DNA of 63,821 bases, the filler included, from Reticulomyxa filosa (Eukaryota; Protista; Foraminifera): NCBI GenBank assembly GCA_000512085.1. It is 19 parts of 19 records of this genome, joined end to end, with 100 filler letters (N's around TTAATTAATTAA, not from the genome) between each part and the next. Parts side by side here need not be neighbours in the genome. Positions count along the whole stretch, not along the records: positions 1 to 3,339 come from ASPP01024273.1; positions 3,440 to 7,023 come from ASPP01028372.1; positions 7,124 to 12,154 come from ASPP01009352.1; positions 12,255 to 14,162 come from ASPP01002270.1; 15 more parts are not named here. The stretch is one strand, 5' to 3'. This document shows, piece after piece, positions 1 through 12,868 of the stretch; the stretch's first letter is position 1, and each line of letters opens with the position of its first letter. The notes under the pieces are model-generated. The model had not been told where the DNA came from. It was given only the letters and a program-made list of their open reading frames with translations, and did not search any database. Position numbers and translations under genes: made by a program.

Positions 1-956
1 TACATAAGATTGATTTTGTGATTTGGACTAATGGAGCACTAGCCTCTCCACTTAACACACAAACGACTTCTCCAAGAACAAGTCTGCAACGTAGAGACTC
101 GCTTTTCTCACGTCTTCATTCAAATAAAATCGTTGCAGCTTCTCAATCATGGGTCGATGTTGCGGCGCCTTCGTTCGTGCATGGACATGTTCCGTCGGCG
201 TTGTCACATTCTCTCCTTTTTGTAATCCGAGTCATTCCACCCTTTTTTTTTTTATTTTTTTTTTTTTTTTTTGATTTACTTTAAATATTTTTGTGGATTG
301 TTCTCGTCTTTGTTTGATTGACTCAAAACTTACAATGGTTGTGACACGACACACCGAATTCCACTTGTTATGACGAGTCCGTCGAAAATGTTGTTGTCTT
401 CGCACTTTCTCGGCCGTCTTTCCCAACACATGAATAACCATTGTCATGCCAACCAACACAAACACACAAATAATAAATAAAAAAAAAGAATTACCTGCCC
501 TTGCTTGAGTTTTGAGACCATGTTGTTATCGTCTCCACACAATGACTTTACTTCCTCCAATCGGAAAAAGTGGAAGATGATATCGGCCAATAAAGTGCTG
601 ATTTGCTTCATTTCTTCGCTGACATTGACTGACATTTCCATCACAATGTCCATAATCCCCTCCTGTCCACGAATTCACACACACACACACTCGCTTGTTC
701 AAACGCAAATAGACAAAGAAATAGACAAACAACAGCACTTGCACAAAGGCAAGGATTGCTCTGTCATGCAAATAAAACAGCAGATTCGACGGGTTTTCTA
801 TGCTTTGAATGGGAGGGTTGGGAATTGCCAGAATATTCTTGAACAGACACAAAAACAATTCCAATGTATCGTTTTGCAGCTCTGTTCGATCTCTAAATTG
901 TATTGGTATTTTGTTTCATACATATCAATTGAGATATTATAATATATTGGATGTAG

Positions 957-987
<31 letters not shown>

Positions 988-1871
988 AACACATTGCAAT
1001 CAACTCAATGTCCAAACACAAAGGCTCTTCGATCAATTGAATCAAAAACCGCAAGACGTCATTTTGAATAAGGACGTTCTTATATGTTTGTTGATAGAAG
1101 ACATGCTTGTTGTTAATGTTCGCCATCTCTTTTGGCAAAGGGAGTGTCAGACGCGTCAGGATTTTGACTTCCAAATACGTACATCACAAACAACCAAATT
1201 CACATTCGCTATTCTCATTATACAAAAAAAAAACACACACACACACACATACCCAATGTGATTGCCATCTTTATAAATAGTTTGCTTTTCTCTGCTTCAA
1301 TGCCGTGCTTCATTATTTCCTTTTGGCAATCCAACAGTGAGTGCACCAACGTGTTCGACACGATTTGGTATTCACCACACTTATCTGATAATACACGCTC
1401 ACTGCTACCTTGATCCCCTTTCAGCAAGTAGTCCAATCGCGCCAAGGACTCTGTAATTCCACCGTTTTCAAAAAAAAAAAAAAAAAAAAAAAAAATAGTG
1501 TTTTTTGCTTATGCAGCATATTTTTCTCCCACATTCATACAACACATGTTCATACCATAACAACGCTCGCCTCGCACGAATTTCCCACTTATTTGGTCAA
1601 TTGCTCCAATCGCTGAAATAAGAGAGGTAAATTCACTTTCAATTATATCAAAATAATCAAAATCTTCACTCTCTTCGTTCCCGTCATCTTCTTCCTTCCC
1701 GTCATCTTCTTCCTTCCCTTCTTCATTTTCGTCTTCACTATTTTCGGCTTTGCTGGGAACCTTAACCTCGGATTTTTTGTTAGTCTTAGCGACACTGCTG
1801 TCAGCTGCGAGTAAGTCTTCAAAAGATGAAGACTCTTTAGGATCTTCGACATTAGTTACTGTTTCAGCCAT
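1..1871 (-). CDS. TIMELESS: TIMELESS/Tof1/Swi1-family replication-fork protection protein, N-terminal exons (continues off the window)
   Basis: ATG at 1871. Joined exons follow the Timeless N-terminal domain in order: EFTSLISAIG..KFVRGERC..ESLARLDYLLKGD..CGEYQIVSNTLV, VKILTRLTLP, QQTYKNVL, ELFLCLFKNILAIPN, LHDRAILAF, RTRHNKW. Introns contain (CA)n/poly-T tracts. Confidence 0.72.
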
Positions 1872-2251
1872 CTTTTCTTTAATCCGCACCTATATGCTCC
1901 AAGTGCTACGGGAGTCGGAAGCCCAAAATTTAACACTTTTGAGTGGTCTAGTCTAACTGATAGACTACAGGAAAAAAGTTATATCAACAATTATTTTTTA
2001 AAATATGTCTAAATGAATTTAATTTTATATTTGAACTTAATTGATTGTAAAAAAAAAATAAAAAATGATACAGCATTAAAAAATTATAAATTGATCTTTA
2101 AGACCAGGGAACTGCCAATATTTCTTTCTATTAACTTGAATTGTCTAAAAGAAAAAAGACATTACAAATGAAGAACATGATGATAAAATGAACGTTTTGT
2201 TGTGAAGGAAAAAGACGAATGAAACAGTACAAAGGATTTGAAGTGTAGTGG

Positions 2252-3228
2252 TTATTCAAAATCAAAGTCATTCCAATTCACAGTTCTTGTTTTCCACCAA
2301 TATGACGAAGTACCCCCAAACAGTTATTGACGATATTGCCAGCTTCATTCTTATACCAACTGCTGCATCCAGTGTTCCATACACTCTGACGCAATTGTGC
2401 ATGTAAGTGTTCATTAAATTGGTCTTGCACTTTTAACTTTACATCCATGGATTTGATGTGAGGACCTTCCATAATAAGTTTTTCGATGCAGTTTATAATG
2501 TAATCGACTTGACATTCAGCCATAAAAATGACAGAGTGGTGTCCAATGTTGGTGTTGGGTCCATACACTATGAATAAGTTTGGGAAGCCATGAGTTACAA
2601 TTCCATAATATGCGCGAGGATCATCTCCTCGCCACATCTCCTTAAGATTGACACCATTTTTGCCGAAAATGTCAACTGATGACAAAAACAAGTTGCTGTG
2701 AAAGCCAGTTGCCAGTATGATACCATCTTTGAGATATAACATAAATTTATAAGTGTGTATGTGTATACAATGAATATTATTTATATTTCGTGAATAAGAA
2801 AAAAAAAAAAAAAAAATACCTAAAGGGATTTCTTCTTGTGATCCTTGATGTTTAATGCCCCCTTTGGTGAATTTTTCAATGGGATCAGTGATGACGTGGA
2901 CGTGGTCCATAGCAATGGTCGGATACCAATCGTCGCTGAACATGGCGCGCTTGCACCCGACTTTGAATGGTACATCGGTGTATTTGATGACTTTGTCTCT
3001 CTTCTCCTTTGACTTTAGTGACGACAAAAACCTCTCTTTTGGATGCTGCACGTATTTGTACAATGTCAGTCGATGCCCCAAGCGATCTTCGTCAGAGTCA
3101 AGCAATAAGGGCCAGAGGAGTTCCAATGTCCAATATAGCACATAGCGATTGGTCCAATTGATCCAAGGATTCCAATCACGAATCAGCCGCTCTGTCTTTG
3201 AAATTGTCTTATCGCCTCTAATGAACAA
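2252..3228 (-). CDS. Baeyer-Villiger / flavin-containing monooxygenase, C-terminal part (5' end cut by contig edge)
   Basis: Motifs GCKR..SDDWYP, D.IILATGF, AYYGIVTHGFPNLFIVYGPNT, SVWNTGCSSWY. A stop-free 93-nt GT-AG intron (2727-2819) gives EEIPL-DGIILATGF when spliced. A typical C-terminus (GTSSYWWKTR..DFDFE*, stop 2252-2254) lies one frame over at a G5 run (2313-2317). Confidence 0.88.
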
Positions 3229-3339
3229 ATGAGATATGCTTCTCTTTTCGACGTCACGTCACACGCGATGGGACCACGTTGCACACAAATACAAGAGCAC
3301 GTCAATCATATATGTACATATATATATATATATATATAT

Positions 3340-3439
3340 NNNNNNNNNNNNNNNNNNNNNNNNNNNNNNNNNNNNNNNNNNNNTTAATTAATTAANNNNN
3401 NNNNNNNNNNNNNNNNNNNNNNNNNNNNNNNNNNNNNNN
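3340..3439. other. Artificial contig-joining spacer (first of 18 identical copies)
   Basis: 44 N + TTAATTAATTAA (stops in all six frames) + 44 N. Copies at 3340-3439, 7024-7123, 12154-12253, 14163-14262, 15843-15942, 19724-19823, 21759-21858, 24326-24425, 26520-26619, 33264-33363, 36864-36963, 40761-40860, 42417-42516, 44567-44666, 48387-48486, 54820-54919, 57830-57929, 62691-62790. Confidence 0.97.
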
Positions 3440-3997
3440 GTGATGAAGAACAAATGACATTTTGACGATGGTTATGATAATGATATGGCGAAAATTTCGC
3501 ACAATACACAAGATTTGAATGTCCATTGAATGATTGAATTTGTTTGTTGTTATCAACATCCCATACACGAACTGTTTTATCATTTGATCCAGAACAAATG
3601 AATTGGCCATCACAAATGTTGAAAAATCAATACTCCACACGCGATCAGTATGTCCATGGAATGCTTTGAGCAATTTAGACGTTGAACTAAATACATTAAG
3701 CATGAAGATTGCGGTTGCCTATGTTAAATAGAAATATAACAATCAAATAAATAATGTCATTAAATAAAACAAATAAACGAAAAAAACATAACATAATTGA
3801 AAACGAGTTTATCAAAATCATGAATCCATCCAGATGTGATGTTTAATATTCGAATCCAATGTTGAATAATTATTTGGATTTCTTCTTCTTCTGACTAACT
3901 CAGTCACATACAAGCACAGTAAAAACAATGAAAATCTTAAGAGATTGATAATTCTTACCAATGACTGCGTTATTTTTTGTTTTTCAATAGTATTCAT
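3440..3997 (-). CDS. WD40-repeat protein of a lineage-expanded family, 5' part with one frameshift
   Basis: N-terminal family motif IQIIIQHWIRILNITSGWIHDFDKLV, two introns, then GHTDRVWSIDFS / ICSGSNDKTVRVWD / GHSNLVYCAKFS. Frameshift near 3612. Confidence 0.8.
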
Positions 3998-4691
3998 TCT
4001 TTTAACTTGCTTTGCTTGGATGATGTAAGAAAAAAAACCTGAACTATTTTATAAGGGGAAATTTAACAATTTCTCTTTCAACGAGAAGATTCATGTATTT
4101 AGTTTGTTCCATTATTTGGATAGAAATCAATATAGTAACCATTTTCAATATTATTTATTGGAGTGGAAAAAATTCTATCAAATTTGATATTTGATATGCT
4201 ATTTTTTTTAAGAATAACAGCTATCATTAATGAAAAACAACCTCAATTCAATATTGGTAAGTTTCATTTTAATCCTTGAAAAAGTCTAGTGTTTTTTAAA
4301 ATTTTAATGTTTTATTATATGCAATCTGTGATTAAATCAGTTAGAAAAGAAAAAATTAAAATTCTTCGTAGGATGAATAAATTTTACAAATAATGGATAT
4401 TATTTTGATTTGATTTTGGTTTTTTATTTATCTTTTCTAATTGTTTCAAAAATTTTAATCCTTTTTCATGACAGATTTTTTTTCAATACCACTGTTTAAA
4501 TTTTAATCAAATCACGCAAAATTAATTTGAAATAATTTCTAACAGTTATTAGTTCCAATCTAGTATTGCTTGATTACATTGAATCATCAACAATGTTTTC
4601 TTTGTAAAAAATTTGAAATTCTTGCACTCTTAAGCATATAAAAAAGATAAAATATATTTCGATGTACGCATTTATTTGAAAAAAATTTTTG

Positions 4692-5778
4692 TTATTCCCA
4701 TATTCTAATTGTTTTGTCATAAGAACATGATACTAATAAATTGCCATCGGATGAAATATCCATTCCCGTCACCATATGGCAATGTCCACTTAATTCATAT
4801 ATTTTCTGTCTTGTTTTTATATCCCATAAACAAAGAATCTTATCGCATGAAGATACAAACATTTGTCCATCTGGAAAATATTTTACATCCGCTACCTCAA
4901 AAGATTCCTTCAATACATTTATCGCTTTTACTGATTCTATATCCCATATTCGAATTGTTTTATCATGCGAACAAGATATAATATATTGACCACAAGGAGA
5001 AAATTTAGCACTTAATATTCTTTCAGAATGTCCTTTAAATTGTTTCAATTGTTTACCTGATTTTATATCCCATAAAATAATTGTTTTGTCATTAGAACTT
5101 GATAAAATCATTTGATTATTTGGTGAAAAATGTACATCCCATGCATAACCTAAATGACCTTCAAATGTTTTAATTTCTTTTCCAGAATTTGCATTCCATA
5201 ATCGTACTATATTATCAGACGAGCCTGATACAATATATTTCCCATCAGAAGAAAAGCTTACATACATTGGCGTATATAAATGTATTTCTAATTTCATTAT
5301 TTCCTTTCCTGATTTCATATTCCACAATCGAATAGTTCTATCATAAGAACATGAAACAATAGTATTTCCATCTAATGAAAATTCTGCATAATAGATAAAA
5401 TCATCATGTCCTCTGAAAGTTCGAATTTGTTTTCCAGATGCAACATCCCATATACGAATTGTTTTATCTTCTGACGTTGAAACAATTTTACTATCATCTG
5501 CAGAAAATCTAACGCTTCTTACTTCATCAGCATGTCCTTGTAATATTTTTGCTAAGGTAAATGTTTTAGCCTAAGGTTGAACATATTGAATGATTTGATT
5601 AAAAATGAATAGATATGTTTTTATTTAAATTTAAACAAAAACAAAAAAAAAACTTAACATATTTAAAAATAATTTTATCAAAATCATTAATCCATCCTCT
5701 TTTTATTGATGAAAACCGAATCCAGTTTTTCAATAATAAAGTTATTTTTTCAAATTTCTGTTGTTTTTATTTTGACAT
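4692..5778 (-). CDS. WD40-repeat protein (about 7 blades) of the same expanded family
   Basis: Repeated GH...S.S.DKTIR.WD units. The frame is open upstream of the listed ORF to about 5570, then an intron, then the family motif NWIRFSSIKRGWINDFDKII. An in-frame TAA follows the putative ATG at 5778 (error or pseudogene). Confidence 0.88.
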
Positions 5779-5810
5779 AAAGATATTTGATATTATATAT
5801 ACGTACATAT

Positions 5811-6760
5811 TTATATATTTTTTTGTCTAATTACCGAATACAGTCGCTTTTTATGGCTGCCATAAGTTCTTGTATCCCAATTCCGTTTTTTATTTTCTTG
5901 TTTCAAAAAACGATTACCACGTCCATGGAAACCACGATGCCCAGGCCTACTATAACCAGTACAATTATTATCATTTTTATTGTTTTTTTGCTTGGATTTG
6001 TTGGTGTGCGTTTGATAATATCGTTTATTCTGATTAAAATTGTTTTGACACTTGTAATTACTGGACTGATTTTCAGTTGAATTGGTGTCAAATTCAAATT
6101 TGTTATCATGACAGTTTTCTTGAGTTCCAGAGTTTCCATAACCAGAGGCACGAACTCCCCTTTTTCGATTACTATGCTTTGCTCGATAAAAATTACTAAA
6201 TTCTCTACCCCTCTGGCTTTCCATCTCCAAGGATTTGAATCACGATTGGTTTTTTGATCTTAGTTCCTTGTTTGATTGATTCTTTTTTAATTATTTTTGA
6301 TTGTTTCGGGGACAATCAGAATGAAGAAAAAGATCGACTCCTTTTTTGTCAACAAATGTAAAAGTATTTTTCTTGTAATATATTGAAAGTCGTATTGTTT
6401 AATATTTTGTTTTCACCATTTGTTTAGATATATCATATGTATCCATATTTTTTAAATAAACTGGAAAATTTTTATCTTAGCTACTTCCCTCTACTGCCCA
6501 AAAAGTAATTTCGTTTTTCAAACTCCATATTTTCTGGTACATCTTATTCATGATAACTTGAGACATAAATCCCTAAATCTGTCTGAAATTCAATGTATTG
6601 ACGCTTATTTATCGCAAATTTTGAAACTTTCTTGTTTGATATCTGCATTTTGTCTATGCACAACTTCAAGAAGAAATTTCAGAATATGATTGAACTTTTT
6701 CCTGTGAATTGAAAGAAGGCACGTTTACACGCGCATGAAAAGGATATGGCATATTTCATT
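5811..6760 (-). pseudogene. Decayed coding sequence, possibly a retroelement ORF1-like relic
   Basis: Protein-like segments (MPYPFHARV, RQYIEFQTD, FKKYGYI, PWRWKARG, RG-rich tail) broken by many stops and frameshifts. The family assignment is weak. Confidence 0.25.
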
Positions 6761-7123
6761 GACGATTTTTACATGAATTGAACAAAAAAACGATGAAAAA
6801 CAGGTGTTGATAAACACCGTATGTGCAACATAATATACGTCCACTGGATTGACCACATCGATATCCAAAAAAAAAAGCACAGCCAAAAACAATCAAAACA
6901 ACAAAGCTACAACAAAAGTTACAAGAACAACATCAGCAGCAAAAAAAGCAGCAACAAAAGAAGTACTTTCAAAGCGATTCAACAAAAAAAAAAAAAAAAA
7001 AAAAATGGTAAAAGTAGAGAAAANNNNNNNNNNNNNNNNNNNNNNNNNNNNNNNNNNNNNNNNNNNNTTAATTAATTAANNNNNNNNNNNNNNNNNNNNN
7101 NNNNNNNNNNNNNNNNNNNNNNN

Positions 7124-7563
7124 GTATCAGAGCGTCGACTTTCTAATCAAACATCGTCCAAGTATTTTACCAATGTATTGTTTCACAAAAAAATTAAAAG
7201 GGAAAGAAAGAAGTAAAAAAAAAAATGACCCAACTTTCAAACATCAAACCATCGTCCACTAACACTAATCTCCAATATCTGTTCATTCAACAAAAATTGA
7301 AAACTTAATTATTTCCAAAAAAAAAAAAAACACAAGCGTGAAAAGAAATTTCGCAAATAATTAACAATTTTTTACCGGAGTTTCCATGAAGATTTAAACG
7401 TAAAAATAGACTTTTTGTCATGATTGCTTATGTCGACATATCTTGTTTTGAGAAATCCATGCAACAAAATACCAAGGCTATTTTTAGTATCGTATTGCTT
7501 CTCTTCTGCACTCACCGAGTAGTCTTTCGTTGTGCTTTCTCTCGTGCCACGCTGACGGTCCAT
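7124..7563 (-). CDS. PH-domain protein, 5' exons (truncated by contig edge)
   Basis: LLHGFLK...KSSWKLR spliced across a GT-AG intron to YWRLVL gives the PH beta1 (xxGxLxK) and beta2 (WKxRYxxL) signature. Confidence 0.6.
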
Positions 7564-8131
7564 TTAACACAATTTAAAGCTGGATGTTTGTTTTTGCTGC
7601 TATTGTTGTTGTTGCTATTGTTATTGTTATTGTTATTTTTCTATTGAAAATGCTGAAATGCTATGCTTTTCGTTATTTGTTTATTTATTTATCACGGCTT
7701 TTTTTTGACTTCTGTCAAACTCGTTTACAGTACAAAAAAACTTTTTAGAGTTGGCGACATAACTATCGCTTAAGAACGGCATGAAAACGAAAAAACAAGT
7801 TTTAAAGCTTTTCCTGGGAGAGATTAGATAGGAAAAGCACCAAAAACAATTATGATAATAAATGCTATTTTGAAAATTGTTCGTTCCCCCAGTTACTTGT
7901 CCACTCGCTTGTTTTTCTAGTACTTATGAAAGAATCATTTTAAAATAAAATGAGCTTCTGAAAATAAAATACCGATATTTTTACTGCTTAAAATCGATCA
8001 GACTGTTGTTTTTTGCAACTAAGTTTTGCACTTTGAGCGTGAATTTCTTATTCTTATGTAAAGTTGTACATGCAAACAAAAAAACCAAAAAGAGATGAAA
8101 ATGAAAGCCAAAAAGGAAGAAGAGAAGAATG

Positions 8132-9055
8132 TCAGTCGTAAAACAGATCACATTGAACGTCAGTGTGCCATAAACTGACGATAGGATACCAATAGTAACA
8201 CCTAGCTTCTTCCTCTACCATTTCTTTGGTGGCAAATTTCATATCGAATGGGGATGATTCAGGACGTGTGGATAAGCGTATTCCATTTTTGAAAAAGGTT
8301 ATTTGTCTTTGACCAATATCCACATCAACAGTGATAGCATCACCAGCAGAAACAATAGCCGCTTCATTCCATTGATTATTAGTGTCGGAGAAATGATTGT
8401 ACAAAAAGTAGACTTTTTCTCGGCGAATTTCGACACCATAAATCTGTTGCAACCGATTTTTCTGGCGATTTTTGGCCACCAGTGATATATTGTAATTGGC
8501 AAGATTTTCACTTGACACGGACTCAGACACCTCTTCACTATTTTTTACTAACGCTTTTTTTCTTGGTTGGCTACTGCGAATTACGCCTACAAAATATCCC
8601 ATTTGTAAGTTCTTTCTCCAATCCGTTAATGGAAACCATATCTTTACCGAAAAACGAGCTACACCTGTGTTTGGTAGCGGATAACGGCCACGGATACTAT
8701 TTCCTATTATACATACATATACATATGTATACACATTTGTTACTGACAACAAAATTAGAAACTCATTATTACCTTCCCATTTGTGTCCACCAATATTTGT
8801 TGTTTGGGCGCAAAACGGATTGTCAAAAGGCAATGTTAAGTGTACACCATGATATTTATTTGACCATGGGCTTTGATATCCTCGATACATGCCAATAATT
8901 TGAATCAGCTCGATCAACAGTCGTACCTTTCCATACTTGTCAGTTTTTTGCCAGTTTGCAATGACTGCATATACATCATAAAACGGATTTTTTTTTGTCT
9001 CTTTGCTCTCTTCTTCGTCAATCTCTTGAAAAGTAGCTTCCGTCACCAAAGCCAT
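8132..9055 (-). CDS. SPRY-domain protein
   Basis: GVARFSVKI, YFVGV, GDAITVDVDIGQRQITFFKNG, WYPIVSL are SPRY strands. An in-frame 69-nt GT-AG intron lies at 8704-8772. Confidence 0.75.
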   Translation of the reverse strand: MALVTEATFQEIDEEESKETKKNPFYDVYAVIANWQKTDKYGKVRLLIELIQIIGMYRGYQSPWSNKYHGVHLTLPFDNPFCAQTTNIGGHKWEGNNEFLILLSVTNVYTYVYVCIIGNSIRGRYPLPNTGVARFSVKIWFPLTDWRKNLQMGYFVGVIRSSQPRKKALVKNSEEVSESVSSENLANYNISLVAKNRQKNRLQQIYGVEIRREKVYFLYNHFSDTNNQWNEAAIVSAGDAITVDVDIGQRQITFFKNGIRLSTRPESSPFDMKFATKEMVEEEARCYYWYPIVSLWHTDVQCDLFYD

Positions 9056-9282
9056 TTATATATTCGTATATGATCTGAAAAGATTCAGCAGCCAGGGAAA
9101 CCGCTCTAACAAACCCAAAACATTCCTTGCTATCACTTTTTAAGGATAAACGGCTACTAAAACTTCATAAATAACTCTGGCCTATCTCGTTCCGTTCCTT
9201 GCTCAAGTTTCACGAGTTTTTTTTTTGACGCTTGAAAGGTAAACTTCAAGTTCTGCAAATAATCCGTCATTAATACGCGAAC

Positions 9283-9869
9283 ATGTCGTATATGTTACCT
9301 CATCTTAATTCTGGCTGGGTAAACACTTCTTGTTTTATTTTTGTTACAATAATTTCTGATAATATTTTCAGACTCGGGTTGTTTTTTTACGCTAGGATGT
9401 CGACCAAGCCATTTTGAATGAAGAAGAGCGAGTAGTTGTTATCCGATTCGGCCACGACTGGGACAGAGTTAACTCTTTTTTTTGTCCTCACTTTTTGGTG
9501 TGCAAAAAGACTGGTGAAAGAAGATAAATCAATAAAAAATCGTTATAGAGTTGCATGTTAATGGATGAAATTTTGTTTTCAATTGCGGAAGATATTAAAA
9601 ATTATGCAGTCGTATATTTGGTGGACATTACCAAAGTTCCTGATTTCAACACGATGTACGAATTGTATGACCCGTGCACCATAATGTTTTTCTTCAGAAA
9701 CAAACATATAATGGTCGACTTGGGAACAGGAAACAATAACAAAATCAATTTCATTATCAATGAAAAGCAAGAACTTGTTGACATCACTGAGTGCGTGTAT
9801 CGAGGAGCAAAAAAAGGTAGAGGTTTAGTTGTATCGCCGAAAGATTATTCCACAAAATACCGATACTAA
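9283..9869 (+). CDS. TXNL4A: U5 snRNP thioredoxin-like protein Dim1
   Basis: Exons 9283-9318, 9396-9467 and 9549-9869 give MSYMLPHLNSGW-DVDQAILNEEERVVVIRFGHDWDR-SCMLMDE...GRGLVVSPKDYSTKYRY, which is near-canonical Dim1. Confidence 0.97.
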
Positions 9870-10541
9870 AACACAGCCCACTGTTTTTATTTCATTTTTT
9901 TTTTTTTTGTGGAATAAGTCCACTTGATTAGATTTTCCAAAAAGAATGCTGGAAAATCATTTAACTAATGCCCTGTCGTTTACTTATCGTACACAAATGC
10001 ACCAAACTGGACAAATTTTGCGTTGTCATAATTTATTTCGCTTCTGTTGTTTTTGCACGTAATAAAATATTCAAGTAAGAAAATTCTTCGGAACAAAACA
10101 TTTTTCACACATATTATATCATTTTCGAAAAAAAATTGTCCGACACAAGTAACATTTTCTTTTTCGTGTGCGCGAATTTGCACAGCATGAAAACTTTCAC
10201 TGGATAAAATGTAAATCGTATACCCCCTTTTTTTTTCAATAAGATACGTAGATTTTTCAAAATCGGTTTGCGTCATTGCTCTGAAAAAGAAAAGAATATA
10301 TAACACAACACTCGTTGAACTAAAAAGATATTTTCCAAATTCAGAAAAACTCATAAAATACCTTTCACATAAAAATATTTGAAAGTAGATACTTTGTTGA
10401 TACGTTTATGAAAACAGACAAAAGAGTTGAAAATATATAACCACAAGATCATCAACGAAAGAAGGAAAAAAAGGGATGTAATGTTGAAGAAGTTGGAACA
10501 ATAATCGAAAGAATGGAGTTAGAAAAGAAGGAATTTTTGGT

Positions 10542-12120
10542 TTACAAAATGGTGTTCATTTGAGCTTTTTTTTGAGTATTTTTTTGAAAAAGCATTTTAA
10601 ATAGCCAACCAAATGGACCAAGCAAGTTTACGAGTTGTTGTCTTCGTTTCCCGGAAGAAAAAAACCAAATGAATACCAAAACGCACAATACGCTATAACT
10701 GAACGTACGGAGTGTTTGAAGCTTTTCGATGAGATCATTCCGAAGTTGTCGGAACTCTTTTCGAACCGTGTCTTTGATTTGGTCCATTTCGTCTTCCAAA
10801 ACATTTTGAACATTTTGTGGCAAGTTGGGATTGACCTGGCGTTCGTTTTCGATTTCGTCCATCGTTTTATGTTCTTCAATGGTGCCAAGAAACTCCTCGT
10901 TCGCATGCCTTGGAATAGTGGTGGTGGCCGGTGACGAAAAGGTGCTCATTAGTACATTTTGAGAGTTTTCACGATGATGATCTTTATAGAATTCGAACCA
11001 TTCTTGATTTGTTAGTTGTTGCTAAAACAAAACACAAAAGAGGTTATCTTATTTTTTTTTTTTGGAAAAAAAAAAAACTAAACAGAATGACCGCTATGAT
11101 TGCTTCCCAATTCAAGCGAATGAAAAGCATTTCCGTGGTGAGCAGCGGAAGGACTCCGAGCTTTGTAGAACCCCATGGAAGATTCATAGCCAGGCATCAG
11201 TTCACTATTTTGATCGGGCTTGTTCACAAACACCACAAGCCATTATAACTTTGGTAGTTTGTTCATTTGCATTGTTCAACGTCCCCCCAAAAAAAGATAT
11301 CAAAAAAAAAAAAAAAAAGGAACAAAAAAGAAAGGTACCTCAGTCACCATAAAGGTAATGGTGCGATGATGTGGAATGTTATCGTTCATATAAAAATTAG
11401 AACTAGCGTTGGCAATTTGCGTATCTAATTGTTGTTTTTGCAATTGCATCTATTCTCCAAACAAACAAACAAACAAACAAACAAATGAACAGTTATTTTT
11501 TTAATTGGATTTACAAAAACATATTAATTACACTATGCATATTATATATATGTATATGCATATGTACATATGCATATGTGCAATAGTAACTTGTTGATCG
11601 TACGCCTGCTGCATTTCGCTAATTTGTAACAACGTTTGATTATACTTTTCGCACGTGTCCTCGAATTTGTTTTGAATGGAAGCGAGCTTGATTTCGAGTC
11701 TTTTGGACTGTTGGATCAGATCTTGCTTTTGATTGAGTAGCGCGCGGTGCTCTTCCATTTGCTTCTTTTTAAAGTCTTTCCATTGCTCGAGCTGTTGTTT
11801 GTACTGTTGGGTCAGTTGGTTGGCTTGCTCCAATTCCTCGTGCACGCGACGCGCATCATCTTTTATCTCCACCATTTGCTCCGTCAGCAAATTCTGATCT
11901 TCCGTCGCTTTGTAGTGCTCCAGCTCCAAGCTGCGCAGCTTGCCCAGTTCCGACTCCAACTCCTTGTGGTCTTGGCGCACTTGCTCGTTCGCTTCCTGCA
12001 ATCTTTTCAGTTGATTTTCCAATGTGCTTTTCTCGGTTAACCACTCCAATTCTTTGTCTTTCCATACTTGTTTCAATGTGTCATATTTTTGTTGCAATGC
12101 TTCGATTGTCTCATCACCTT
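10542..12120 (-). CDS. Coiled-coil protein with a C-terminal transmembrane segment (golgin-like architecture), 3' exons
   Basis: E/Q/K/L heptad-rich exon at about 11590-12120, further exons between poly-T introns, last exon with hydrophobic FSYSVLCVLVFIWFF near the C-terminus. Confidence 0.6.
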
Positions 12121-12868
12121 GTTCCTAATTTTATTATTATTATTATTATTATTANNNNNNNNNNNNNNNNNNNNNNNNNNNNNNNNNNNNNNNNNNNNTT
12201 AATTAATTAANNNNNNNNNNNNNNNNNNNNNNNNNNNNNNNNNNNNNNNNNNNNTTTTTTAAAAAAAAGAACAATAATTTGACAAACAAACAAAACTACT
12301 AGGAGCAGCTGTCGTGATTCAAACACTATCATTATTCGCACGCAGTGCATTGGCAGAAAAATATGCACGTGGATGATCATTATAACGTAGATTTTTATCA
12401 CGTCATCAAAGATATTATATGTATCATTCACAATATGGATTGCCATCACAATGATCCATCTACCTTTCTTCGTGTTGACAGCACTCAATTACAATCACCA
12501 ATTGTGTCTTTGCCCCCAACATGTCATTATCATCACGATTATTTGGTATCAAAAGAATGTCACTGTTTAAAAACATTTGGGTACATGCAATTTTTTGCAT
12601 GTCTTTTGCATTAGTAGTTGTCAAAATATTGTTTGAAAGGCAACAAAGATATTTTTTTAATCAAAAATTTTTTTGAGTTTTGAGTATCAGCCATGTTAGA
12701 CCGCTCTTTTTGTATTTATTAAAAATTTACAATGTCGAATTATCTTTATAATCAGACAATATCAAGAGAAAAACAAGAATAATAATTTCTGGCGAAGCTG
12801 TTTTGCTGAGTAATTGTATTTAACAAAAACCTTAAAAAAGGATTTCTATTTACACAAGTAAAAAAACA

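Noticed and set aside
6821-7023. K/A/T-rich stretch as histone H1
   Set aside because: It is short and low-complexity, lacks a globular domain and a clear ATG in that frame, and ends at a contig edge.
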